Below are positions 43,411-52,812 of a stretch of DNA of 64,000 bases, piece after piece (the first letter of the stretch is position 1; every line of letters begins with the position of its first letter). The DNA comes from an uncultured delta proteobacterium (GTDB lineage: Bacteria > Myxococcota > Myxococcia > SLRQ01): NCBI GenBank assembly GCA_963727485.1, contig CAVSGM010000002.1, forward strand, positions 352,001 through 416,000. Reading direction: 5' to 3'. Made by a program: the position numbers and the translations under genes. The notes beneath the pieces are model-generated. The model saw nothing but the letters and a program-made list of their open reading frames with translations. It made no database searches and had not been told where the DNA came from.

Positions 43411-46022
43411 CCGACCCCCACCGTCCCCCGCTTGCCCCCAGGCTGGAGGTCGGCGCAGTTCGGGAAGGGCCCGGTGGCCCCGGTGGGATCGGCCAGCAGG
43501 TAGCGGGTGACCGTCGCCTTGTCGAAGCGCCGGGAGAGCCAGAAGAGGTCGTACTCGTTGACCTTGTCGATGGTGCGGATGCCCAGCTCCTCGATGCGCC
43601 CGAGGATCCGGTTCCGGGAGGCGTCGATGGTGTCGCGCTTCTCCTCCCACTTCAGGCCCCCGACCTCGTCGTAGGCCATGGTCAGCTGCCCGGTCTTGAG
43701 CCGGTCGAGGTCCGGGCGCAGGGCGATGCCCTCGAGCTCCGGCTGCACCCCCATCCCCGGGAAGAGGTAGAAGCCCTGGAAGCAGCCGATGACGTCGATC
43801 TCCTGCTGGAGGGTCTCCACCAGGGAGACGGTGAGGTCGACGTCCTCGGGGGTCTCGTGGAAGTAGCCGGCGATGAGGTTCACCCGGTTGAGGATCCCCG
43901 CCTGGTGGGTGTGCCGGAGGGTGGCGAGGATGTCGGCGCGCTTGAGGCCCTTGTGCATCCGCTCGAGGATGGCGTCACTGCCGCTCTCGGCGCCGAAGTT
44001 GAGGAGCAGGCACCCGCTCTGGCGCATCAGGGACGCCAGCTCCTGGGAGACCTTGGTGGGCCGGCAGGAGTCGGTCCACTGGATCCCCGCGTCGGCGTCC
44101 ACCAGGAAGCGGCAGAAGCGCTCGAGCCACTTGGGCCCGATGTTCACCAGGTTGTTGAGGAACACGAAGTCCCGGGCGCCGTAGCGCTCGGAGAGCTCGA
44201 TGAGCTCGCCGGCGGCCTTCTCCGGGGCCTGGATGTCCAGGGACTCCTTGGCCGAGCAGAAGGTGCAGCTCGCGGTGCACCCCTTCACGAACCCGAAGGG
44301 CAGGTAGAGCAGCGGGTCCACCGGGTCGTCGGCGCCGAGGAGGCCGTCGGCGACCAGGCGCCGGCGCACCGGCTCCGAGAGGCGGCCCTGGTAGCGCTCG
44401 AGGGGCATCCCGTCGAAGTCAGGCCTCGGCATCGCCGCCATGTGGGAGCGGACCACCCGGTTGCGGATCAGCTCGCCGCCCTCCCGGGCGCACATCCCGG
44501 GGACGTCCTGGATCCGCCGGTCGCCGTAGGCCAGGAGGTGGGCGAGGCCGAGGAGCGGCACCTCGCCGTCGCCCTCGCACACGTAGTCGAAGGGCATGCC
44601 CTCGCCGAGGCCCCGGTCGGCGTCGACCTGGTCCCGCTCGCCCCCGAGGACCGTGGGGTAGCCGGTCTCGGCGCGGACCTTCCGCGCGAGGCACGAGGCC
44701 AGGTTCATCTGGAAGTTGCCGTAGTAGTCGACGATGGAGAAGCCCACGAGGGTCCGCCGGGGGAGCGCCTCGGCGAGGGCGGGCCACATGGCGTCGACGG
44801 CGGCGTCGATCCCGGCGTTGGCGCCGCCTCCGAGCCAGGCGTCGACCGCCGCGTCGTCGGCGAAGACCCCGAGGGGCACCGCCTCGAACTCGCCGGCGAG
44901 GTCCACCACCCGGGTCTCGAAGCCGTAGGCCCGCATGAACGCCGAGAGGCGGGCGATGGCCAGCGACGGGAGGCGCAGCTCGTCGTGGCGGTTGCGGAAC
45001 CGGGGCACGTGGACCAGGACCAGGTCCAGGGGCCGGGAGCGCCGGCGGGCCTCGGCCTCGGCGAGGTGGCGGCGGACCGTGCGGCCGGCGTCCACGGCCG
45101 AGCGCGGGGCCGCGAGACGCTTCGTGCCGGTGGCACCGGCGAGGGCGTGGCGCACCAGCAGCTCGTCGGCGCCGCGCGGGTCGAGGGGGACGTGGTCGGC
45201 ACGGCGCCCGTCGAGGCGGAGGAGCAGGTCCCGGCCCTCGTCGTCCCACCGGGCCACCAGCGCGCCGTCCCGGCCCCGGACCTCGAGCTCCAGGGGCCCC
45301 TCGCCGACCATGGCCCGGTCGAGGTCCACCTCCAGGCCGACCCCGTCGAGGAGGCCGTGGGCCACGTAGCGCTCGGCGCCCGGGTTGGCGACCAGCTCGG
45401 TGGGGGCGGTCACCGCCCCGGCGCCGGGGACGCAGAGCTCCAGGAGCCGGTAGGCCGGCCCCGCGAGGGCCGCCAGGCGCGCGACCGTCGGCAGATCGAA
45501 GTCGAAGGAGAGCCGCGCCCCGCCCTCGAAGGGGGTCCGGTGGTTGGAGGCCGGGAGGCGCCGGCGCCCGGCGGGGGTGCGCACCGCCACCTGGGTGAGG
45601 GGCCCGAGGGCGCCCGCCCGGACCTGGCCGAGGAGGGTCGCCATCGCCAGGGAGCCGATCCCCTGGCCCCCGGCGTGGAGGGTCCCGGTCCCGAGGCCCT
45701 CGAGGGCGGCGAGGTCGTCGGGGGGAAGCCCCATCCCGTCGGCGAGGATCACCGTGGCCCCGGCCTCGAGGCCCGCCCGGGCCAGGCCCCCGGCGTCCGG
45801 GACGTCCGCGTCGACGAAGAGGCACCCGCCGGCGGTGAGCTCGCCGAGGACGGCGGCGCCGCCCGCGGCCCGGATCGCCGTCAGGTCCTCCGGGGTCCGG
45901 ATCGTCAGGGCCGCCGCGCCCCCGAGGCGCTCGAGGCGGCGGGCGAGGCCGTCCGGACGGGCCGAGATGGCGAGGACCGGTCGACGCAGAGCCCGGCCAC
46001 GGGCCGCTGGGAGGGAAGCCAT
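43407..46022 (-). CDS. Cobalamin-binding radical SAM protein with N-terminal degenerate Gfo/Idh/MocA-like region
   Basis: PSLAIARLSAF..VVDL, LVGFS, TVLGG, EGDGE; GCTASCTFC; FGAESGSDAILERMHKG; NLIAGY. Confidence 0.85.
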   Translation of the reverse strand: MASLPAARGRALRRPVLAISARPDGLARRLERLGGAAALTIRTPEDLTAIRAAGGAAVLGELTAGGCLFVDADVPDAGGLARAGLEAGATVILADGMGLPPDDLAALEGLGTGTLHAGGQGIGSLAMATLLGQVRAGALGPLTQVAVRTPAGRRRLPASNHRTPFEGGARLSFDFDLPTVARLAALAGPAYRLLELCVPGAGAVTAPTELVANPGAERYVAHGLLDGVGLEVDLDRAMVGEGPLELEVRGRDGALVARWDDEGRDLLLRLDGRRADHVPLDPRGADELLVRHALAGATGTKRLAAPRSAVDAGRTVRRHLAEAEARRRSRPLDLVLVHVPRFRNRHDELRLPSLAIARLSAFMRAYGFETRVVDLAGEFEAVPLGVFADDAAVDAWLGGGANAGIDAAVDAMWPALAEALPRRTLVGFSIVDYYGNFQMNLASCLARKVRAETGYPTVLGGERDQVDADRGLGEGMPFDYVCEGDGEVPLLGLAHLLAYGDRRIQDVPGMCAREGGELIRNRVVRSHMAAMPRPDFDGMPLERYQGRLSEPVRRRLVADGLLGADDPVDPLLYLPFGFVKGCTASCTFCSAKESLDIQAPEKAAGELIELSERYGARDFVFLNNLVNIGPKWLERFCRFLVDADAGIQWTDSCRPTKVSQELASLMRQSGCLLLNFGAESGSDAILERMHKGLKRADILATLRHTHQAGILNRVNLIAGYFHETPEDVDLTVSLVETLQQEIDVIGCFQGFYLFPGMGVQPELEGIALRPDLDRLKTGQLTMAYDEVGGLKWEEKRDTIDASRNRILGRIEELGIRTIDKVNEYDLFWLSRRFDKATVTRYLLADPTGATGPFPNCADLQPGGKRGTVGVG

Positions 46023-46099
46023 GGGGGCAGTCTAGCCCAGCGGCGCGCCGGCCTTCCAGGTGGGCGACGCGCCCGGGCCTTCGTGTAGGATGGGCGCCG

Positions 46100-49048
46100 G
46101 TGGACACCCAGAGCCAGCGCATCTCCGAGCTCGCCGTCGGCGCCGGCTGCGAGCTCGACTGTCCGGTCTGCGCCTGCAACGCCTCGGGCGGCGCCGATGC
46201 CGGCGCCCTCGCCCGGGCCCTCGCCGGGGGCGGCGCCCGGCTCAACCTCGTCGGGGGCACCCGGGACCTCGCCCAGGTCCTCGACCTCGCCCACCGGGGC
46301 CGGGACGCGGGCTTCGCGGAGATCGTCGTCCGGACCAGCGCCCTGGCCTTCGCCGAGCCCGGCGCCGCCGTGACCCTGTTCCGGGAGGGCGTCGACGGGG
46401 TCCGGGTGCCCCTCTACTCGGCCCGCGCCCAGGTCCACGACCGGATCGCCGGCCGCGAAGGCGCCCTGGTCCAGGCCCTGGTCGGGATGCGGGCCCTGGC
46501 GGCGGCCGGGTGCTTCGTGGAGATCGAGACGCCCCTGCTCCCCGAGCGCCTCCAGGACCTCACCGCCGTGGTCGACCTCGCCGCCCGGGCGGTCCCGGAC
46601 CTCCGCGCGGCGCGCTTCCACCTCCCCCAGGGTCCGGTCCCGGCGGCCCTGGCACCGCCCGCCTTCGGCGTCGCCGGCCCGGCCCTCGCCCGGGCCCTCG
46701 CCCGGTGCGAGGCGCTGGGGGTCGAGGCCCCGCTGACGCCCGCCGAGGCCATCCCCTTCTGCGCCCTCGCGGCCCACCCCGAGCACCTCCGGGCCTTCCG
46801 CTTCGACCCTCGGCGCCGAGCCCGGTCCCAGCCCTGGGCGAGCCACCCGGCCCTCTGCGAGGGCTGCGCCGCCCGGCCCCAGTGCCAGGGGCTCCCGGCG
46901 TCCTACCTGACGGCCCACGGCACCGCCGGCGTCACGCCCTTCGCCCGGCGTCCCCGGGATCTCTACGACCAGCGGACCACCCCCCGCCGGGTGTGGACCG
47001 ACGACCAGCGCGAGGCCGCCTCCCGGGCCAGCCTCCTGGTCCTGCGCCCGACGGTGAACTGCAACCAGGACTGCGTGTTCTGCTCGGCGAACGAGACCTC
47101 GGGGAACGTGTGGTCCGACCCGGACCGGATGTACCGGGTCATCGCCCGGGCCGCGCGCCGGAACCTGCGGCAGGTGAGCTTCAGCGGCGGCGAGCCCACC
47201 CTCTCCAAGCACCTGCCCTCGTTCATCCGCGTGGCCCGGCGCGCCGGGATCCCCCGGGTCGAGGTGGTGACCAACGGCGTCCTCCTCGACACCCCGGAGC
47301 GGGTCGCGCGCCTGGTGGACGCAGGCCTCACCCACGCCTTCGTCTCGCTCCATGCCCACGACGAGAACCTCGCCCGGGGCCTCACCCAGAAGGTGGGCGA
47401 CTTCGAGCGGACGGTGCGGGCCATCGGCCTGCTCTCCGAGGCCGGGGTGAAGACCGCCGTGAACCACGTCATCACCACCCGCAACTACCGCTACCTGCCC
47501 CACTTCGTGGCCTTCGCCCGGGCGCGCTTCGGGGGCCGGGTGGGGATCTCCTTCGCCTTCGTCACCCCCCAGTACAAGGCCCTGGAGCACCTCGATCTCC
47601 TGCCCCGGTTCAGCGACGTCATGCCCTACCTGAAGCGGGCGCTGCTGCGCGCCCTCGACCTGGGGCAGCCGGCGTGGGTGGGCTCGCGACAGGGCATCCC
47701 GCCCTGCCAGCTCGGCGCCTTCCAGGCCTGGTCCGACGTCCTGGGCCTGGCCGAGGAGGCGGTCTCCGAGGACGGTCCCCAGAAGACCCACGGGCCCGCC
47801 TGCGAGGGCTGCCGCTACGCCCGGGTGTGCACCGGGGTGTGGCGGCCCTACGCCGCCCGCTACGGGACCGACGAGCTGCGCACCGTCCCCGGAACGCCGG
47901 TGGAGTCCCTCGACGCCGAGGCCCTGGCCAGCATGCGGCAGAACGACTTTGGCATCCCCGAGGACTTCGACCACGTCCTCGACACCCTCCGCGACCGGGC
48001 GGACGAGGCCGCGACCCGGGCCCTCGCCGACGCCGCCGAGGCCGAGCCCGAGCCCTCGGCGCCTCCGGCCCTGGATCGGAGCCGGCCGCTGCGCGTCGCC
48101 CTGGTGGGCACCGGCCCCCGGGCCCGCCGCCTGGCCCGGGAGCTGACCCGGGTCCCCGGGGTCAGCCTCGACGCCGTGGCCTCACCCCACGCCCCGGACG
48201 GGGACCTCGGCGAGTTCGGCCACTGCCCCGCCTACCGGGACGCCGCCGAGGCCCTCGACGACATCCGCCCCGAGGCGGTGGTCATCGCCGCGGCCACCCG
48301 GGCCCACCGGGCGCTGGCCGAGGACGCCCTCAACCGGGGCATCCCCGTCCTCCTGGAGAAGCCGCTGGCCGGGCGCCTCGAGGACGCCGAGGCCCTGGTG
48401 GCCCTCGCCGGCGACACCGGCGTCCCCCTGGTCCCGGCCCACAACCTCCTCCACGCCCCCGGCCTCGCCGAGCACCTGGCCGGCGGGCCCCACGCGCGCA
48501 TCGACTACCACCTCCGGTGCCCCGCCGATCGCCCGGACGCCCCCCGGGCCTGGTCCCACGCCGGGCTCTACGAGACCCTCTACCACGTGCTGGTGGTGGT
48601 CGGTCGCGGCGCCGGCGGAGGCGTCCCCGAGGTCCGGGCCGCGTCGGCGACGGGCACCACCCGACCCTCCCGGGTCCGGGCGACGCTCGCCTACGCGGAC
48701 ACCGAGGCCGAGGTCCGCCTCGACTTCGACGCCGCCGTGGAGGACCTGGCGGTGGCGGTCTCCGGCGCCGACGGCGAGGCCCGGACCTGGCGCCGGGCCC
48801 GGGGGACGGCAACCCTCGAGGCCGGGGGCGTGGTGACGCCCCTCGAGCCCCGCGCCGGGGAGCTCGAGGCGATGGTCGCCGCCTTCCGGGATCACGTCCT
48901 CGGCCAGGGGCCCGCGGCGGCCTCGGCCTCGGAGGCGGTGGACGTCATGGCGGCCTGCGACCGGGTCATCGCGGCCCTCGAGGCCGCCGGCGCGCCCCTG
49001 CGCCGGGCCCGGGCCCCCAAGCACGTGGCCTCCCGGACCCTCGGCTGA
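46100..49048 (+). CDS. Tandem radical SAM (two domains, each with a Cys-rich SPASM/Twitch-like tail) fused to a Gfo/Idh/MocA oxidoreductase domain
   Basis: CELDCPVC + CEGCAARPQCQG; CNQDCVFC, SFSGGEPT + CEGCRYARVCTG; RVALVGTG..H..VLLEKPLA. Confidence 0.87.
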   Translation: MDTQSQRISELAVGAGCELDCPVCACNASGGADAGALARALAGGGARLNLVGGTRDLAQVLDLAHRGRDAGFAEIVVRTSALAFAEPGAAVTLFREGVDGVRVPLYSARAQVHDRIAGREGALVQALVGMRALAAAGCFVEIETPLLPERLQDLTAVVDLAARAVPDLRAARFHLPQGPVPAALAPPAFGVAGPALARALARCEALGVEAPLTPAEAIPFCALAAHPEHLRAFRFDPRRRARSQPWASHPALCEGCAARPQCQGLPASYLTAHGTAGVTPFARRPRDLYDQRTTPRRVWTDDQREAASRASLLVLRPTVNCNQDCVFCSANETSGNVWSDPDRMYRVIARAARRNLRQVSFSGGEPTLSKHLPSFIRVARRAGIPRVEVVTNGVLLDTPERVARLVDAGLTHAFVSLHAHDENLARGLTQKVGDFERTVRAIGLLSEAGVKTAVNHVITTRNYRYLPHFVAFARARFGGRVGISFAFVTPQYKALEHLDLLPRFSDVMPYLKRALLRALDLGQPAWVGSRQGIPPCQLGAFQAWSDVLGLAEEAVSEDGPQKTHGPACEGCRYARVCTGVWRPYAARYGTDELRTVPGTPVESLDAEALASMRQNDFGIPEDFDHVLDTLRDRADEAATRALADAAEAEPEPSAPPALDRSRPLRVALVGTGPRARRLARELTRVPGVSLDAVASPHAPDGDLGEFGHCPAYRDAAEALDDIRPEAVVIAAATRAHRALAEDALNRGIPVLLEKPLAGRLEDAEALVALAGDTGVPLVPAHNLLHAPGLAEHLAGGPHARIDYHLRCPADRPDAPRAWSHAGLYETLYHVLVVVGRGAGGGVPEVRAASATGTTRPSRVRATLAYADTEAEVRLDFDAAVEDLAVAVSGADGEARTWRRARGTATLEAGGVVTPLEPRAGELEAMVAAFRDHVLGQGPAAASASEAVDVMAACDRVIAALEAAGAPLRRARAPKHVASRTLG

Positions 49049-49065
49049 TGCGACCGCGACCCGGG

Positions 49066-50880
49066 CTAGGCGTCGTTGCGGAGGATGACGTCGCAGACGC
49101 GCGAGGGCCGCGCCCGAGGGTCCCACCTTCCCCGGTACGCAGGTCGTAGTGCCGGGAGCGGGCGAAGGCCGGGTGTCGCTCCTCGGCACGAGCTCGAGGT
49201 CCACGGGCGCCGCCTCCGGGTGCTCGAGGCGCACCTGGAACCTGCCGGGGTCACGGAGATGGGACCGAAGCGCCAGCCGGCGGCAAAGGGTCCCTCGAGG
49301 TCCAGGGGTCGCACCAGGCGCGCGAAGCGGTCGCGCACCGCCGGTGAGGCGGGCGCGGCGTCTCCTCCATCCCCAGGCGCCGGCTCGGGACGGCGGGTTG
49401 CCGCAGCGAGGACCCGGGCGGCGTCGACGTCGGCCCACCGCTCGCCGGCGGCGTCGAAGGCCTCGAGGAGCACCTGGAAGATGCGGAGCTGGTCCTGGCC
49501 CCCGGTGCGCTCCACCACCTCGACGGCCACCTCTGCGAAGCGGGCTACCTGGGGGTCCTGGAACCGCCAGGGGTTCGAGGGGAAGTAGCCGTAGCGCCGC
49601 GAGTTGTCGGCGGCCGCGGCGGCGAGGTGGTCGACGAGGAGGCCGTCGCGCCGGGCCAGGTAGTAGAGGGCCGTGTCCGGGTAGAGACGCGCCCGGCTGT
49701 GGAGGAGCTTTCCCCGGAGCCGGTCGAAGCGGGTCCGCCGGATGCCCTCGAAGTTCGTCCGCAGGTCGTCCATCCGGGTCCAGGGGCTGAAGAGGACGAA
49801 CCCGAAGGCGGCGTTGTCGAGGTCGAGGGTGTCGCCGAAACGTTCGCGCCAGCCCCAGAGGGCCTCCAGGAAGGCGACGTTGGTCTCGGCCCGGATGCCC
49901 TTGTTGTAGCGGTCGAGCTCGGGCTGGGAGAAGTTCTCGATACCCACCAGGTAGAGACAGAGCCGATCCCGCAGCCTCGGCGGCCTCCAGGGCCTGGACC
50001 AGGCGCCGCTCGCCCCGCAGGATCGAGTCGGCGCGGGTCTCCAGCATCAGGGTGAATCCCCGATCCGCCTCGCCACAGGTGGTCACCAGATCGGCGAGAT
50101 AGCCGAAGGGGTTCTGGTCCTTGAGGACCAGGTGGCCGAGCGCCGGGGCCTCGCCGCGGACGTAGCGGAGCTGGGCCAGGACCGAGTCGGCGACTCCTTC
50201 GTGGGACGGCCGTCGTGCTCGTTGCCGGCCGTGCAGAAGGCGCACCCGCGGCCATGGCCCGTTGGGATCTCCACCCGGCGTACACGGGGTTCTCCCGCGC
50301 GTCGGCCTGGTAGGGGCAGCCACCGTTCCCTGGAGGGCAAAGGTCCGGAACGACGGGAGGCGCTCGGGGTTGACGACCACCGGCCGCAGGTTCGGGCGGA
50401 AGTGCTCGGGCACCGGGGACACGGGGACCGTCTCCGCGGGGGCGACGAAGCCGGCCGCCTCCCGACGGAGGACCTTCTCGGGGGGCAGGTCGGCCTCTCC
50501 GGCGAGGTAACGGAGCAGGGGGCCGAGGGTGTACGGGTAGTGCTCGACGCAAATCCACTCCGCCGGCGGGTCCTCGATGTGGTGCTCGCCCCGGCAGTGG
50601 ACGAAGGTGCGTCGGGAGCCGCGCCCGGAGCCGCGTCACCAGGTCCCGGCTCCACACCCGCTCGTAGACCACCACCTGGTAGGGCTCCAGGGTCGAGCCA
50701 GGGCGGCCTCGGCGTCGGGGTCGGCGCCGCCTCGAGGACGACGACGACCAGGTCATTGGCGAGTCCGGCGTCCCGGAGCTGGCCCGACACCAGTGCGAGA
50801 TCCTGGTCGTCCAGGAACGACCGGTCGCCGTGGCTGTGGACGCTCAGGATCGCCACCTTCGGCGCAGCCGGGCCCTTCAT
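49066..50880 (-). CDS. Radical SAM protein, B12-binding-like architecture, atypical Cys spacing (multiple frameshifts)
   Basis: GCPY...GCAFC; LETRAD; VGIENFSQPELDRYNKG; FGFVLFSPWT. Confidence 0.75.
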
Positions 50881-50976
50881 GGACCCAGGGTAGCCCACCG
50901 CTCGTCATCGGTAAACCACGTCCCCACGGTGCCGCGGCGACCTTGCACCGGCAATCGTGGTTACAACCTAGGCGGC

Positions 50977-52790
50977 ATGGCGTCCCCGGTCGACCCCGCC
51001 GCCCCGGTGGCGCTCCTCCTCGTCGGGGCCGGCGACCGGGCCCGGGCCTGGGCGCGCCTCATCGACCGGTCCCCGCGCCTGGTCCTCGTGGGCCGGGTCT
51101 CCCGGCGCGGGGAAGGCGCCGGGCTCGCCACCGGGGGGCCCGTCCACACCGACCTCGCCGCCGCCCTCGACGCCCACCCCGGCGCCCGGGTCGCGGTCGC
51201 CCTGCCCCCCCGGGCCGGCCTCGCCGCCGCCCGCTGACCTCGCCGAGCGGGGCCGCGCCGGCCTGGTCGAGGCGCCCCTGCCCCTCGTCGCCGAGGCCGA
51301 CACCCCCGGGGGCGCCGGGCGGATCCAGGTCGCCCACGGCTGGGTGACCCTCCCGGGGCTCGCCGTCGTCCACCGGGCCCTCGCGGCCCCGGGCGTCCGG
51401 GCCCTCTCGGTGCGGGTCCGGGGGCTCCCCGAGGCCCCCGGCGGCGATCTCCCGGAGGTCGTGGCCCAGGGCGCGGCCCTCCTCCGCCGCCTCTGCCCGG
51501 GGGCCGAGGTCGGCGCGGCGCGGGTCGACGGCGACGGCCTCCTCGAGGCCACCCTCGTCGGCGGTCCGGTGCCCGTGAGGTTCCGGGCGGAGGCCCACGG
51601 CCAGGGCCTCGAGGTGCGCCTCGAGGGCGACGCGGGGCCGCTGTCCTGGCGGGTCGAGGGGGACACCGAGTCCCTCTCGGCCGGGGCCGGCAGCGGGTAG
51701 CCGGTCGCGCCCGGTGGCCCCGGCGGCGACCCGGGCCCTCCACCAGCTCCTCGATCCCGGGGCCGCCGGCGGCGACGATTCTCGAGGCGGGCCTCGCCGC
51801 CGCCGCCCTCGCCCGTCGCCTCCTCGACCGCGCCGGACGCCGCCCCGCGCCCACCCGGCGGGCCCTGGACCACGCCGGCGCCCTCGCCGGGCGCCCGGGG
51901 GTCCCCCTCGGCGACCGCCTCGGCCTCGTGGGCCCCCTCCCCGAGGGCCCGCCGGCGCCGTTGCTGGCGGTCCCCCAGCCCGCAGCGCCCTTCGAGCGCT
52001 TCGCCTTCGAGGCCGGCCTCAAGCCGGTGGTCTTCCTCACCCTCCGCCCCGAGGACGAGGCGCGGGTCCGCGGGAGCTTCCCCGGGGCCCACGTGGTCCG
52101 GCGCGCGCGCCGGGTCGAGGTCGGCCCCCTCGACGCCTGGGACGACCGCCGGGACCGGGGCGAGCCGCGGGTCGAGCTCTACGTCTCCCGGGACCCGGCC
52201 CTCGCCGAGGAGGCGGCGCGGATCCAGGCCGAGGGCGACCCCAGCGCCTCGCTTCAGGCCCTCGGCGCGCTCATGGGCTACCCCAGGTGCTGCGTCGCCG
52301 CCTTCGCCGGCCAGGGCGACCGGAGCCACAACACCTGGAACCGCTACGCCACCGCCGCCCGCACCGGCGCCGGGCCCTGGCCCGCGGCCCTGAACAACCT
52401 CTTCGCCATGGTCGCGCCCTTCTTCCCCTGCCGCTACGACTGCCCCGAGGCCGCGCGGTGGGCCGAGGCGGTCCTGGCCGCGGTCGCCGCCGCCGAGCCC
52501 GCGGTGGCCGCGGGCCTGAAGGCGGCCCTCGCCCACCCGGTGCTCTACTTCGACGACGCCCACCAGGTGGTCCTCGACGGCCACCTCGAGGACGGCTGGG
52601 TCGTCTACCGAGGAGTCTTGGTGCCCCCGGAGAGCCCCGACGACCTCCGTCGCCTCGCCGGGGGCCTCGGCCCCGCCGGGCGCCTGCGCCTCGACGACGA
52701 CGCCCTCCGCCTCGAGCCCGCAGGGGGGCCGGCGCTCGCGTAATCCGCCGCACCGACCCGGGCCTGGGGCTCCTGGCGCCGTTCGCCTGA
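50977..52790 (+). CDS. Gfo/Idh/MocA-like N-terminus fused to a DUF483-like Cys domain (multiple frameshifts)
   Basis: LLVGAGDRA..VAVALPP..LVEAP; AGLKP, LGALMGYPRCC, FFPCRYDC. Confidence 0.65.
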
Positions 52791-52812
52791 CGCGCCCGGC
52801 GCGAGCACGGGG

